Source: Flaccisagitta enflata
Taxonomy: Eukaryota
Reading direction: 5' to 3'
Length of the DNA stretch: 64,000 nt
NCBI GenBank assembly: GCA_965153355.1
Contig: OZ231126.1
Span: 31,558,001 to 31,622,000, forward strand
The translations under genes and the position numbers were made by a program. Of this stretch, positions 1 to 16,013 are shown in pieces. The notes under the pieces were generated by a model. The model worked only from the letters and a program-made list of their open reading frames with translations, had not been told where the DNA came from and ran no database searches. Within the stretch, counting starts at the first letter, position 1. Each line of letters opens with the position of its first letter.

Positions 1-505
1 CAAATCTCAGCCAAAAGACTAAAATCTAATTTCGAAGCTCAAATCCCACCTTCAAAGCTCTGATTCCACCTTTGATGCTTCAACCCAAGCCTCCATGCTC
101 AAATTCAAGCAGATTAGAGGCCTCTTTAGGGCCACTGCCCCTCTCACTACCTGATCCTAACTTAGGGGGCGTTTCTACTTCTGGTTTTTATGGGCCACGG
201 AACTGTACTCCTTGCCGTGTCAGTCCGTCCATCCATCTGTCAGTCCATCAGTCACATTTTAGTCACTGGCTAAGCAACTCCATAGGAGGCTGTGAAGTTC
301 CATAACAAAAATTCTGAGCGACGCGGAATCCACTGAAATTCTGAGCATTACGGCCCCTGCCTAGGCACATTACAGCCCCGCCCACCTACAAACTGCCCCG
401 CATTTGGGCAAGAGCTTTTTGCAAAAACCACCGGTAAATGCCAAAAAATTTAATAGTGATGGGCTGACCAACAGGTATAGCGGGCTAAAGAGTGCATGCA
501 ACTTA

Positions 506-1097
506 CTATCTAGGAAATAAGTTTGGAAACACCTTCAAAAAGATATATCTTGACTGAGATTGAGATAAGTAAATAAAATTCATAAGTATTTCAAACTGCT
601 TAAAATAATCTACAATCTGAGCCTAATCTCGTTTCTGTGCATCAAACCGTTTAGAAATGCCACTAGTTTGAAGTTGATCATATACTTTTAAAAATGACAA
701 AATAAGTGGGAATTTTTTCTTCTTCTACCTTTCCATCTTTGAAATGCTCTCAAATTCATTTAAAGAGAGATAGAAACATGCGGATTGCATCACTGGTTAG
801 CTCTTGAGCTTTAGTTTTTTAATTCTATGGATTTTTAATCAGATTTCAAGAGGGAAGTAGCACAATTTTACTGCCAAAATGACTATTATCCACTATGTTT
901 ACCACAACTATTTCTGAGTTGTGATAAACTAACTAAACTCGCATGCCCTAAACTGGATTGAAGATTGTTTTTCTCTTTTGTTCTAGTTAATATGAATATA
1001 AAAATGATCAAACACGATTAGGTACAAAATTTTTTAGCACATGAAGGGAGAAAATTACTATCAACCCTAAGTGTTTCCAAACTTTTTTCCTAGATAG
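506..1097. mobile_element. MITE with ~27-bp TIRs (CTATCTAGGAAA...GTTTGGAAACAC), TA flanks
   Basis: Inverted termini and TA dinucleotide on both sides; same family as 16014 and 61761. Confidence 0.75.
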
Positions 1098-1877
1098 TAA
1101 ACAAGGCCAAGTGAAGGCCAATAAGTGCACCTCGCTTGTTTAAGAATTTGTAAATGAACGTTTTTGATGAATGAATGAATAAATGAATGAAAGAATGAAT
1201 GAATGAATGAATGAATGAAATTGAATGTGGTGAGGCATGAAAGGTGATAGGAAGAAATACGTCAGAATCAGCCGTTTTGCGAATTTCTAACGTTTGCGTG
1301 ACCGACCGACCGACCAACCGACCGACCGACCAACCAACGGACATGACCTCTTACAGAAGTGCGAGGACGCACTGAAAAACATACAGGATATAAATTTGCT
1401 AAATACACTTAAAATAAAGCCGGGTACATGGCTAAGCTGCATGTGGGTGGGCGGGGGCAATCAATTAAATGGTTAACAAAGCATTCGGGCAGCAGCAGTA
1501 ATGCAATAACCCCCAAAAGCCAAAAAAACAGTGATACAGACCAACTGACCAATGGATGGACTGACAGACACCAATGGGCGCGACTGGTTACAGAGTTGCG
1601 TGCAACTAAAAAAAAGAAAAAGTGATATACTAAAAGATGTCTGTCACCAACGCGGCGCAAGTGCCAAATAGTTGTAAGAATGAGAAAACTCAGTAGTAAG
1701 GAAAGCATTGCATAATCTCACTGCACTGGTTACTCCGCGACAGAGGGTTTCGTCATGCCAAGGCTGCAATATTTGACAATTCAACTCAGTGTGTCATGTC
1801 TTACCGACCGAGTATCTGATACATGACAGAATCTAAGAATTTAGATTGCCGAATCAACGTAGTGATTATGTACTTAC

Positions 1878-4304
<2,427 letters not shown>

Positions 4305-4999
4305 CTGGAAAGAGAAAAGATAACAACGATGAGAGGCTGTTAAGCAGGCTTGATTTTAGACTTCTGGGCTCGCTACGTAAGATTTTACCGAGCCGGATAG
4401 AAAAACAGCGAGGCCGTAAAGGACATCACTCATCAATAAGGAAGAATTAGACCTTGATTTGCATATAAAAGTTACGATGGAAAAGATTACGTTCGAAAAG
4501 AAAATGAAAAAAATTCCTATTAGATTTAGTCTTATCCTCAGTCTTTAACCTAGTTACTACAATATACTCATCTCTGGCATATGCCTTTGTCCTTTTGTTG
4601 TAATAGGATAGTGTAAACAAACTCAGTCAATTTTCAAATTTGTAGCTCGACTCGCTAACTGACTTGCTTCGCTGGCATCGCTTCGCTGGCATCGCTAACC
4701 TATTTGAAACGATCTGGGAAATCAGGTCGTCAGAACATTTGTGGGTGCTGTCATGACCTGTCTCTAGCGAGACAGTTATTAAGCATAAGGCATATGGATC
4801 GCGGACGGTTGGGCAGGGGCAGTACTACAAAACCACAGTACAACCGTTGTTTCACACCTTCAGACCTTACGATGACCTAAAACACTTTGAAAAAAGACAA
4901 AAATGACTACATTTCGAGAATATTACGGACCAACCGTAGGCTAAGACACTTAGCAATGTGTAGAGTCGCGTGTCCGTGTCAAAAAATGTCAGCAATTTC

Positions 5000-5410
5000 T
5001 TGGTTTGTCACGGGGGCACAATTCCTCCTGGTCACATCTCTCAGGCCGGATCTTCTTTTTTTTTTTTGTGAACGAGATTACGCGTACTGCCATCATATTT
5101 GAGCTAACCTGTCCATGGGACAGAAATATTGATCGTAGTCACTCATACAAAGAAGAGATGTATGCCCCCCTTTCCGCTGATCTTTCTGTGGCTTTTAAAG
5201 TTTTCACATTTTCTGTTGAAGTATCTGCACGCGGCCAGGTGACTGTTCAAAACAAGGCCCGCTTAAAAGCTTTCGCATTCAGATGCCAAATTAGCCACAA
5301 ATCTCATGGTAAAAAATGTTTCCAAAGCTGCGTTGCTTACGTCCTTTAGCCTATTTGCTGCTCGAAAAGAGCCATCTTGGATCGAACCCCCGCCTCTCGT
5401 TACTCGTTAA
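5000..5410 (+). mobile_element. 3' fragment of an RLE-type non-LTR retrotransposon (restriction-like endonuclease) in DNAAF9 intron 3
   Basis: LRPDL...(frameshift)...IIFELTCPW...KEEMYAPL...VEVSARG matches the PD-(D/E)xK RLE signature of R2/NeSL/HERO-type elements. Confidence 0.75.
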
Positions 5411-5649
5411 TTATTTATCATTGCGTACACAATCCAATGATCTGTATCAGGCTTTGTCTTGCCATTGTTGCACGTATTCCAACCTGATAATCTGATAAGT
5501 TTAGTGTTTCGCCATGGCTGTTTTTATATTTCATGAATGTAAAACATACTACTTTATTGTTCCATTTATGTTGGAAAGTAGCTTCACACGCCAAAAGCAA
5601 AAAAAGAGAAGAAATGACGCAAAGAAACAGCAAATATAAATCGACGCAC

Positions 5650-5982
5650 CATGGTGAAAAATCCTGAAGACTTGTTTGAGAAGTCGTCCAAGTTGTTCTC
5701 GTCGTCGTCATCGAGACCTTCGAGAGCGAAAGCTTGAATCAACGGCCACTTCTCCAACGTGAAAGGGTCAAACGATGATGATGATGTTGATGTTAATGAC
5801 GATGATGAGGACGCAGACGCTGACGTTGTCGACGCGTCATCCATATTCTTTCTCCTCTCCTCAAATGCTGCGAAAGCCGGGATTCCGACTTTGTTGCCGC
5901 ATTTCCGCATCATTTTCTTGAAGGCGCGAATTTTGAATTCCTCCGCCAAATCTTCGGCATCTTCAGACTCGTAACCTTCAGT
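5650..5982 (-). CDS. DNAAF9: DNAAF9 orthologue, exon 3
   Basis: TEGYESEDAEDLAEEFKI...FDPFTLEKWPLIQAFALEG...GFFTM resembles human TENEYEDEEAAEEFKI...FDMFVVEKWPIVQAFALEG...GFFTM; phase-0 acceptor ccctccag and donor ATG|GTGCGT. Confidence 0.88.
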
Positions 5983-6020
5983 CTGGAGGGAATTAGAAGG
6001 TTAAGCTGTTAGTTTAGTTT

Positions 6021-6111
<91 letters not shown>

Positions 6112-6231
6112 CGTTGTCGTTGTTTTTCTTGTTAATGTCGTTGTCGTAGTTGTTAATGTCGTTGTCGTTGTTGCTGTTGCTCTTATTTTTGTTTTTGTTT
6201 TTGTTCTTGCTTCCGTTTGCACTCAACTTAC

Positions 6232-6396
6232 CATGCAGTGCGTCGTCAGATTGGGCCACAAGGCCACTCGGCTGCAGATGCCGGTGACGACCCAATTGAC
6301 GGGATTGCAGTAAAGATGCACGGAATTTGGCAAAACGAGCAAAACAAAGTCTTCTGCATAATCTTCTGGAGAATCATCTTCTTTATTTGCTGAAGG
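6232..6396 (-). CDS. DNAAF9: DNAAF9 orthologue, exon 2
   Basis: SVHLYCNPVNW...WPNLTTHCM resembles human SVHLYCNPVNF...WRNLHFHCM; acceptor ttttttctatccag, donor ATG|GTAAGT. Confidence 0.85.
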
Positions 6397-6460
6397 CTGG
6401 ATAGAAAAAAATGTGGCAATTGACGAAATTTCTGCGACAAACATGGAAAAAAACAATAAC

Positions 6461-6562
<102 letters not shown>

Positions 6563-6619
6563 GCAAATACAACAACAACAAAAACTAAAATAACAACAAC
6601 GAAAACGAAAACGACAAGG

Positions 6620-6692
<73 letters not shown>

Positions 6693-6693
6693 C

Positions 6694-6915
6694 CTTTGGA
6701 GATAAATCTGTCGATTTGAAAGCGTCCAGCAGCAGATAATTGGCAAGTTCTAGAGATCCTTGATGAAAGCGACCGTCGATTCCAAGGATGCACAACACCC
6801 CGTCAACGGAGGAGGAAGAGGAAGGGGAAGATGAGGAGGAAGAGGATGACTTGATCAGTCTCTGCAGCTGCCGCAGCCGACAGAGTGAAATGAAAGCCAA
6901 GTCAGAGACGTCCAT
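6694..6915 (-). CDS. DNAAF9: DNAAF9 (C20orf194) orthologue, first coding exon
   Basis: MDVSDLAFISLCRLRQLQ...DGVLCILGIDGRFHQGSLELANYLL matches the recalled human N-terminus (SCSRLRQVQ...[25 protein letters not shown]); donor AAG|GTTGTT at 6693. Confidence 0.85.
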
Positions 6916-7465
6916 TTTAGATGATAATTCTGTAGACAGAGACAAAAAGAGAAATATATCTGCGTCTTGGGCAGTGTACTACTGTAACGGCGAAAGGTCG
7001 TCGAAGGAGTGTTTGTTTTTTTTCACCAATAGACAAACCGACCAACAGACATAGTGTGCCATGAAGTCGCGTACGCGTACACGCGACATACAATCCTGAA
7101 CACCTTGACACAAACAGTGAGGAAAGCCGACAAAGAAATTAATATTCTGTGGTGAGTAATTGTGTTTCTTGTCAACAAGAGATCTGTTTATTGCCTTATA
7201 CAGGCTTTACTGCTTCACTTTCTATGTTTATCAATATCCTTTGGAAAAAAATCGAGATTTGAAGAATCGAAGACTTTTTGATTTCCGCGAAGAAAAGTTG
7301 TTTTCCCTTTTTTTCATGAGGCGTTTTAGGAAGTTGGTCAGTTTTGGAAGCCAAATGAGACTACGTATGAAATTAATAGCTAAGAAAGAGCTAATTCTCC
7401 TCTTTCAGATGACGCCAAGCAGAATTATGTTCAATCAATAGTTTTGGAGCTATGATTTTTTTAAT

Positions 7466-7913
7466 CTTTTTAGATGCGTCCTCGCATCTCTATAAGAGGG
7501 AATGTCCGTCGGTCGGTTGGTCGGTTGGTTACACATTCATCACAATCCACTATATCCATGCCATATCACATATAAATCACAAGAAAACCACACCATATCA
7601 TTTTTAGATGCGTCCTCGCATCTCTATAAGAGGGCATGTCTGTTCGTTGGTTGGTCGGTCGGTTGGTTACACATTCATCATAATCCACTATATCCATGCC
7701 ATATCACATATAAATCACAAGCAAACCACACCATATCATTTTTAGTTGCGGAAACGCAACTCTATAAGAGGCTCTGTCCGTCCGTTGGTTGGTTGGTCGG
7801 TCGGTCGGTCGGTCGGTCGATCCGTCGGTGAGCACGAGTCAAAAAGTGTGGAAACGCGCACTTCCGCTCCTGCCCACCCGTCCACAACTGGTGGCCGTGT
7901 ATCCGGCCTTGTT
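7466..7913 (+). mobile_element. DINE-1/HINE-like non-autonomous elements (tandem partial copies). Related copies near 1100-1380, 1417-1620, 13620-13930, 15070-15252, 17790-17973, 37330-37672, 54568-54751, 54995-55122, 56138-56410
   Basis: T-rich 5' flank, 5' hairpin (agttgcg-gaaa-cgcaact), (GTCN)n microsatellite core, 3' ggccgtgtatccggccttgtt hairpin, no TSD. Confidence 0.6.
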
Positions 7914-8899
7914 AAATGCGCCACGCATCTCTGGAGTAACCCCATTACCATATTTCTTCATATTATATTCCTATTTTATATCAGTGCCAGCCCCCATCCC
8001 ACCTACCATAGGGTTTCATTTTTTTATTTCATTAAAATTCATGAACTTTATCTCATTGATCTAATGATTATCTTTCATATCAGCTTTGACTTTCAAACCT
8101 GTCATCTTAAGATTATGATGCACAATTTGTAGCCCTATAAAAGCAAACCTTTCTAGATCTTAATGAATTTTTTGTGTCATTTTCTGTAGTAAGATTATCT
8201 ATAATAAAAGATATTTTTACTGCTTTATGCAAACGTCACTATATCAGATAGGTTCATAAACTGGATCAATAAAGCAGAGCATGATTATCTATATCAAAGA
8301 AGCCACTTTTAAGGATATTAAAGTAGAACCATCAAGTAAAACCATATAAAGGAAGACATATAAAGTAAGGTCACATAAAGCGTTAACATAAGTAAAATCA
8401 TATGAAATGGCACTTCATACAATAAGACCCTAAATGTGAAACTATTATAAAAGACAATTCAAAGTATGACCATATAAAAAAAGAACATATACAACATAAA
8501 CAAAGATGAGGACGCATCGTTGGCCTACTTGGCCTTGTTTTATTTTTCCGCATTTTTCGCGTTTTCCCGAAAAACAAGGAATTGAGTTAGTTGAAGTCTA
8601 CTTGAAGTTTGAAATGTCCCAGGTGGTAATTGTGCATCCTGGCAGCACAGTATCTCTCTCATTTCAACTAAGGACTCTATGAGAGGCTTTGTCTGTCAGT
8701 CCATCCATCAGTCTGTTGGTCCGTCTGTCCGTCCGAGTTGAAAAGTGGAAAAACAAGCAGTCTAGATGCTTGTGCGTGGGGGTTGGGGTGTGGATGGGGG
8801 TTGGATGCCCCTGTCCGCAACGATATTGTTACCCCGTGTTATATGTTTTTCTCTGTTTCTCTATCTGTCTCTCTCTTCCCCTATGTCTCTCTCTCCCCC

Positions 8900-8985
<86 letters not shown>

Positions 8986-9942
8986 TCTCAGCATTTACGA
9001 CTTTTTTCCTACGGCGATTAGCCGCCTTTATTGGTATATAATCTTGTGAGTTTCAAACCAGAAATTGATGGATTTCAAGTGCTCTCGTTTCCAAACCACC
9101 CAAAAAAATAAAAGAGTAAAAAGGTGACAATTTTGTTCAAAATTCTGGCGTTCATAGCGACAACCGTTGGCATGCATCTTTTGTTCTCATTTGTAAGTTT
9201 TTAAGGGAATAGCCCTCCTTCATTTTAGGAACTGAGGCATGTTAAAAAAAAAACAAAAGAATCGACTCAATACTACAGCTATAGGGACGCATTATTTTAA
9301 AGCCAGCATTGAAATACAGCTGAACCCCGCAATAACGGATGTCAAGGGACCAACGAATTATGTTTGCATAAGGCAGATTTCTCGCATCACTAATAAAAGT
9401 TTTAAAAAAAGTGATGCTGGTCACAAACTGACAACACCTCTGTGGATGGATAGGCACAGCAAAAAACTTCCATCCATACCCTCCCCAACCCCATGCTTAC
9501 TCACACAGACTGACATTGTCCGACAATCAGCACTGCAGCATCATAAATGCGTGTTTTTACCCTTTTCAACTCAATCATCACGGACCAACATATGATGGAC
9601 GGACAAAGCCTGTTAAAGAGTTACATGTTAAAAGGAATAACATGAAGACCCAGATTAAGTATCCATTATCTCCTTAATAAGGCACTTCGAACCTTAGTTA
9701 AATTTCATAAATTGATGTACTGAGGTCATTTACATAAAAGAATTCAATAAGAGATGATTTTTCCACAAGTGTGGGTTCATTATCAAATATTAAACCTCGT
9801 CAGCAACAACATCAGCTCACTGAAGAGACTTTTTAATGTCTTAAGTAGCCTGACAGGGGTTAATTCAGACCTGCTAATATAGTTTAGTCAATCAAATCAC
9901 TGGAGTAAATCAGTGTTTAAAATTCTGCCCTAATCACTGCTC

Positions 9943-10833
9943 TTGGTTTCGTTAAAGCGAGGTGTAACTGTACCCCCAGCCAGCAGCGTTCCAGAATGGA
10001 CGTCATATGATGGTTCAGGTGGGTTGGGTAGTTTCCATCGTTTTGAAGAAAACCGGAAAAGAAGAGAAGAAAGGAGGAGAGAGATAGAGGAGAAGGAAAG
10101 GTCCAGAAAGGAGAAACAAGAAAAACAGCAGGAAGCATATGAGAAGGTGCAGAATAAGAAAGGAGAAAGGAGGGAAGCATTAGAAAAGAAATGGAAGGCG
10201 GAAGAGGATTTAAAAAGAAAAGACGAAGAATTGGAAGAAAGCAAGAGAAAACTATGGGAGGCGAAAAATGGCAGACCCGCGGCAGGCACGCATCGCTGGG
10301 GTCACCAACGTGAAGACGGTCAGCGATACCAACAGCATCACCACGAGGGCGATCAACGTCAACAACATCGCTCCATCTCCTCCGCCTCTTCTACTCACAG
10401 CGTGAGGGCGTCTCGATCCCGATCCCCACCCCGTGCCCACCATCAACAACGCCAACCGCGACCAATCAACCGACGTGGAGATGAACAACAGCAACAACAG
10501 CAACAACAACAAAGTCAACGACATCAACAACAGCGACATCAACAACAGCGACATCAACAACAGGAACAATCGCAACACGAAAATCGACTAAGGTCGAGAT
10601 CAAATCTCAGCCGTCAGTCTCAACATGACAACGGCCAGCAACAACAGGAGCAAAGGGAGGAAATGCCGCCGCCGCCGCCGCCGAGACGAGAACAACAACA
10701 ACAGCAGCGGCAGCAACAGTCAGATGAGGTCGCGGAGCTTAGAGCGGAAATGACGAACTTCATGTCGGAAATCCGCGAAGCGATGGCCTCCGCTGCACGA
10801 CCACCAACAGATCGTCAAGCGGAGAGACAATGA
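9943..10833 (+). CDS. Uncharacterised low-complexity ORF (charged coiled-coil, then Q/H/R-rich); exon or TE relic
   Basis: 296-codon open frame in a GC-richer island, TTG start, no recognisable domain. Confidence 0.3.
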   Translation: MVSLKRGVTVPPASSVPEWTSYDGSGGLGSFHRFEENRKRREERRREIEEKERSRKEKQEKQQEAYEKVQNKKGERREALEKKWKAEEDLKRKDEELEESKRKLWEAKNGRPAAGTHRWGHQREDGQRYQQHHHEGDQRQQHRSISSASSTHSVRASRSRSPPRAHHQQRQPRPINRRGDEQQQQQQQQQSQRHQQQRHQQQRHQQQEQSQHENRLRSRSNLSRQSQHDNGQQQQEQREEMPPPPPPRREQQQQQRQQQSDEVAELRAEMTNFMSEIREAMASAARPPTDRQAERQ

Positions 10834-12178
10834 GAAATGGAGAAAGAATCGGAACAATAGGAGTGGACAATGTGCTGAAAATGGACAGTAGGGGAGGGGA
10901 ACCGTGTAAATTTCGCAGTGGGACTTTTTTAGAATGTAGATAACGTGAACTTGATGATCTCCAGACCAACAGACGTTTCGTCTTTCTTTGCTGGAGCAAC
11001 TTGAACTTGAACATGAACTTGAATGTTTGCATCAATCAGTACCAAATCCACAAAGATAAGCTTTTTATAAATTTTCTCTCGCTTTTTGAAGAAAATTTTT
11101 CATAACCGATCTCAAGCTCCTACACGATATAGAATTAGCCACCGTTAGCCAATCCCTGAAATGTAGTATTCTCTTGTAAAGCGTATCATCTGAAATAATG
11201 AACCTCACTCTTTTAATTGTTTTATTTACTTTTGATTAATTTCTTTTCCTGCTCTGGCTGATCAAAATACTTGTCTGAATGGGTTATCCAATAAAGATTG
11301 CAGTAGAGTATTTTTTTTCTTCTCAGCCTAAGGAGTGACAGACTTTTCTAGTTTTCAATCTAAAAAAAAATGATCTTGAAAAAAAAATCGAATCTGGCTA
11401 AGATTAAGACAATATAAGCTTCACCTAAGCAACGAGTGTTCTGAGAATTCTCCTATGGTAACTGTTTTTGTAAGTTTTGTACAACTGTCGGAAAAAATGA
11501 ATGATTCCCCGCACGATTTTGTTTTTCTTTCCGAATCCTCCGCCAGAGCGAATTTAATTCGAAGAGCTTAAGGCCATAATACATAAAACCCAGCCAACCC
11601 TTAGACCTAAAGCTAACCCTGTCCCTAACCCTAACCCTAAAACTATCCCCAACCCTGACCCTAACCCTAAACTTACCCCTTACCCTTATTTAGAAAACCG
11701 CTTAAAAAGTCTTAAAAACAAAAGATCACAGATGATCCTACATTTGCACCCAACTGGCAACTGATCTCAAATTCCTAATGAACGCCCAACAAAACAAAGC
11801 TTTGAAGAACTTTTTAATTAAAAGGTAGAAAGCAACACCTGATGATGTGGTTTAGATAGCCGTTCATCTCAGCCTTCTTGCGTGCGAGTGTAACAAGCAT
11901 TGACACAAAATTTGAACGAACAAAAACTAATAAAAGGTTGACAAAATCAACACACCTTGCAGCTTGAGCTTGAGCTTCAGCTATATCACTTATCAGTGAT
12001 GACAACATTACAATAACTAGAGAAATGAATGCAACCCTAGGTAGGGCTGAGCTGGGCTTGACAACCCGTACATCAAACGCATTGGAGGAAGAAATAGTGA
12101 GGTTGCTTCAGAGTCGTGGTGGTAGAGGCAGATGAACGATGTTTAAAGACATACACGGTAGACTAAAATTGAACAATT

Positions 12179-12749
12179 TCAACCAAAGAGTTTGTATAAA
12201 TTAAAACCAACAAACGGCATTAACATTACAACGATGATAGAAATAAATACGACATTCAGGCAGCAAAGACCCTTAAAAGATGCTAAGCTGTGTTGCCACC
12301 AAAATCCGTGAGCCACAATCGCCTCACGACTCAAATGATGAACACTAGGGTGGGCCAACGCAGCTGCTTGAAGACCAGAACATCGCACGCATTGGGGGTA
12401 AAAGAAATAAGACTGTTTTGAGGGGTTTGTGGTGGGGGTGTTGGAAGAGAAGGAGGAAGACAAACAATTAAGGGCCAAGTTGCAGGTGGAAGTGAACCAA
12501 GAAACAGCTCGAGGCAAAAAGGTGAATGTATCGAGTGTTGACGCAGCGTTTGAGGTCGTTTTCGGAGCGCTTCTAACCCGCAGCCACGAGGAGGAGGAGG
12601 AGGAGGAGGAGGAGGAGGAGGAGGAAGAGGTTTTCGAGGCATGGAGAGTCTGAGGAGTGACTTGTGCCTTGAGCCAATTCCAAGTGGAGGTGAAGACTGA
12701 GAAGCGGAGATTTGGTTTATTTTTGACTCGAGAAATCGCAGGGAAACGC
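12179..12749 (-). CDS. Putative HNH/His-Me finger nuclease-like protein, terminal exon (QSYFFYPQCVRCSGLQ plus C-terminal TM helix)
   Basis: ORF 12179-12946 holds FYPQCxxCSxxQ, the expected C-half of the GCHTC/DHQPP motif; acceptor cccttcag|G at 12750 is phase 2, compatible with the 56721 donor (TG+G = Trp). Confidence 0.6.
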
Positions 12750-12947
12750 CTGAAGGGATGTTGGGAAGTGTGCGGTTGTGTGTGTGGGGGGGGGGGGGAC
12801 AAAGTGAATTTAAATCCGGGTGTCGGGTGATACGATCTGTGAAAGTAAACGTCTTGATAGTCCAAAGTGACTCTAGACCATAACCAGATCCCATTGTCAG
12901 TGCATTCAAAACAACAAATAACGATGCACATTATCTGATTAATCAAT

Positions 12948-13075
12948 AATGTAATTATGTGATTACGTAATTATGTAATTATGTAATCATGTAATTATGT
13001 AATTATGTTATTATGTGATTATGTAATTATGAAATTATGTAATTTTGTAATTATGCAATTTTGTAATTATGTAAA
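12948..13075. repeat. (ATGTAATT)n 8-bp microsatellite
   Basis: Directly visible. Confidence 0.9.
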
Positions 13076-13213
13076 TATATGTGTAGAGGTAGGACGGAGC
13101 ACGCGACTGTTACTCTTTAGCCAATGGCTTGTCTTTCTGTTCCTTCGCCGTTTGCCTGTTGTGTACTTCTTTTTTTATCGGTAGCACCAATTTAACGAGT
13201 ATTGATCAATCTG

Positions 13214-13350
<137 letters not shown>

Positions 13351-15391
13351 CAACAGGGATGGATGGAATAATTAGCTCATCTGTTTGACCTAGTAACTAT
13401 CATTGTTAATGCTTTCAATATTTATATCATAGATTGCTAATCTCCATAAGAATCACAACTTGAGCGCAGAGATTCTATTTGATGCTGAAAAATATTTGCT
13501 CATCGCCAAAAGAATCAGTATTTGAGCGCTGAAAATCAGATAGGGGAAGAGAAAATTGGATGAGACAATAGAAAATAGAATTGGGAAACCCATCAATCGA
13601 AGTACCACGCGCATAAAAACAAGCGACGCGGGGTCACAATATCGTTGTGGACGGGTTGGCAGGGACATCCAACCCCCAGCCTCACCCCAACCACGCCCCT
13701 AACCCCCCTCCAACACACACACACAAACAATTCCATCTGCAGCATCCTAAATACGCGTTGTTCGCGTTTTCAACTTGAGTGTGACGGACCAACGGACGGA
13801 CCAACAGACGGACGGACGGACAGCCTCTCAAAGAGTTGCGTTTCCGCAACTAAAAAACAAGGCCGGATACATGTCTACCTAAGTCGCGTGCGATCGGTAG
13901 GGTTCGGACCCCCAATCGCGGATAGGTAGGCAGGGGCTCTAGAGAAAAACTGCTCACACTTGATTAAAATTCTAGAATGTTTGAAAGATATTCATAAGAT
14001 ATCTCATTTCAAAATCATCAGTTTTAGTATTGACAAAGTACTACCCTGGATCTAAGTTCATCGCAATTCTTATATTAGCATTTATAACAATCAATAAATT
14101 TCATGAAAAAAAATGGAGATGTGTTGAACCTATTTAAAAAAATCCTACATATGTCGCAATCTACATTGATCTATGTTTAGCCAAATTTTCATGACTACAT
14201 GTATGTTTAGCGTAAACAAGCGTGCTTCAACAATGCGATTAAATTGTCTCTAAGATTGGAAGTTTATAAGACCACGCCCTTATTGGATTGTGGCACATGA
14301 AAATAGTTAAGTAATATTTTCTTAGTTTGTTATCATCATAAAAACAAGGCTGCATTCAATATCAAAAATATCAAGGAAAGGGTAACAAAGCTAGGTAGTT
14401 ATACTTTTGAAACATCTAACCATTGCACTGCTGTCTGGTAAAAAAAAGTGTTGACCCAAAATTGCAACTGAACAAATTGATCATGACATTTATGCTCTTC
14501 AACCGATTTCAAGGGCCAAAATGTCAAAATATCAAAATAAAACGAGTTATCTCTGACTCCTAATTGCAAGAATTTATCAGATAAAGAAATGTAACGTTTC
14601 TTATGCCATGAGTGGGCCAGTCACATGAATAAAACACTGAAAATTTTCTAAATACTTTGGATTGTAGTGACCTAAAATACGGTCCCTGCCCACCAGCACG
14701 CGACAGCATTGTTGTTTTTGTGGGACACCCAATTTTCTGACTTTATATTTAACGCTTAAGTATAATATTTCTTCCATTTTCGTATTTACGTCATTTCATC
14801 CAAGTTTTCTTGTTTGTTCTGAAACTTCAACCAAATCGGGAAAGAAAAGGCAGTGGTTTGTAGATTTGGTACATTTTAGTCGACACACACTATCACATCA
14901 CTATCACTATCACATTATCCATTACTGTATTGATACAGCTACCGATCTTCAGAGATCAAGGGTCCATTAGTATCAGTATCACCAATAACAGGTGCGGTAT
15001 AGGATTTCATTAAATAGTTTGTATCCATTGGTATTTTTTTTCGGCAGCTAACCCCACAGTTAAAACATAACACCCCGCTTTGTCGGTGCCTCCGTCTGTC
15101 GGTCCGTCCATCCGTACGTCCGTCACACTTTACTTTTCCTGCGTTTATGGTTTTTTTGGCTATACCGCTCCTGCCCAAATGCTCCACTGACCTCAAATAT
15201 GGCCCCTGCCCACCGGCACGCGACTGAGGTAGCCGTGTATCCGGCCTTGTTTCTGTTTTTGGCGGATTTCTGTGATCGCCAATTAAAGGAGAAAAAAAAT
15301 GTCTTGAAAGGACTAAAATTTGATGATAATAATAGGTGATTTTTATTATAGCAGATTATAACTGAATACTTTTTTCTGTGAATAAGTGGAA

Positions 15392-15617
15392 ATGGCAGAT
15401 ACACAAGATTGGTCAAGCTTGCTCAAGACATGGAACGACGCCATGGTTTTCAATGAGCATACTTCATTGGTGGCCACAATAGCCTTGATATCGTTTTACA
15501 TAGTGTGTTTTGTACTGATGGCCTTTTGGAGGAACAAAATCATCAGCCACGCATTCATGATCAAATCTATGATTTTTACGACGAAGATTTCAATAGATAT
15601 TGCCCAACACCATAAAG
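15392..15617 (+). CDS. Divergent 7TM/GPCR-like membrane protein, exon 1
   Basis: ATG at 15392, hydrophobic helix SLVATIALISFYIVCFVLMAFW, donor AAAG|GTTAGT phase 1. Confidence 0.6.
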
Positions 15618-16013
15618 GTTAGTATGAATGCGAGAATCAATTTGACAAAAAACTTATGATACAATACTATCTTGCTCAAATTCTCATCGGGTGTTTGCAT
15701 AAAAAGTGTAAATGTTTTCTGTTGACTACGCCCACTATGGAGCACATAGAGATGCAAACAAGGTACCATTTGATAGTGGTCAATTTGTTTTACATTTTGG
15801 TATATGATTTTTTGTTTGTCCACTGAAGATTTCCAAGTTAATCAAGGTAAAAAAACTTCCCCAAATCAAACTTTCAGCAAAAAACCAGGCGAAAAGAGCT
15901 GTTTCCCTATTAAATGCTTCTCTTTAACCTTTGAAAAGGACCACTTAGACACCAGCTAATGCAAAAATCTTTTAAAATAATGAATTGGGAACAAAAAAAA
16001 CCGCACATTTCTA

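Noticed and set aside
1640-1840. Possible next DNAAF9 exon
   Set aside because: No frame with recognisable similarity to the expected downstream DNAAF9 sequence
9810-9860. CTGAAGAGAC...GTC resembling a hammerhead ribozyme core
   Set aside because: The required GAAA after stem II is absent and no convincing stems I/III are seen
11590-11690. CCCTAA telomere-like repeats
   Set aside because: Short, degenerate and internal; such tracts are common inside interspersed repeats
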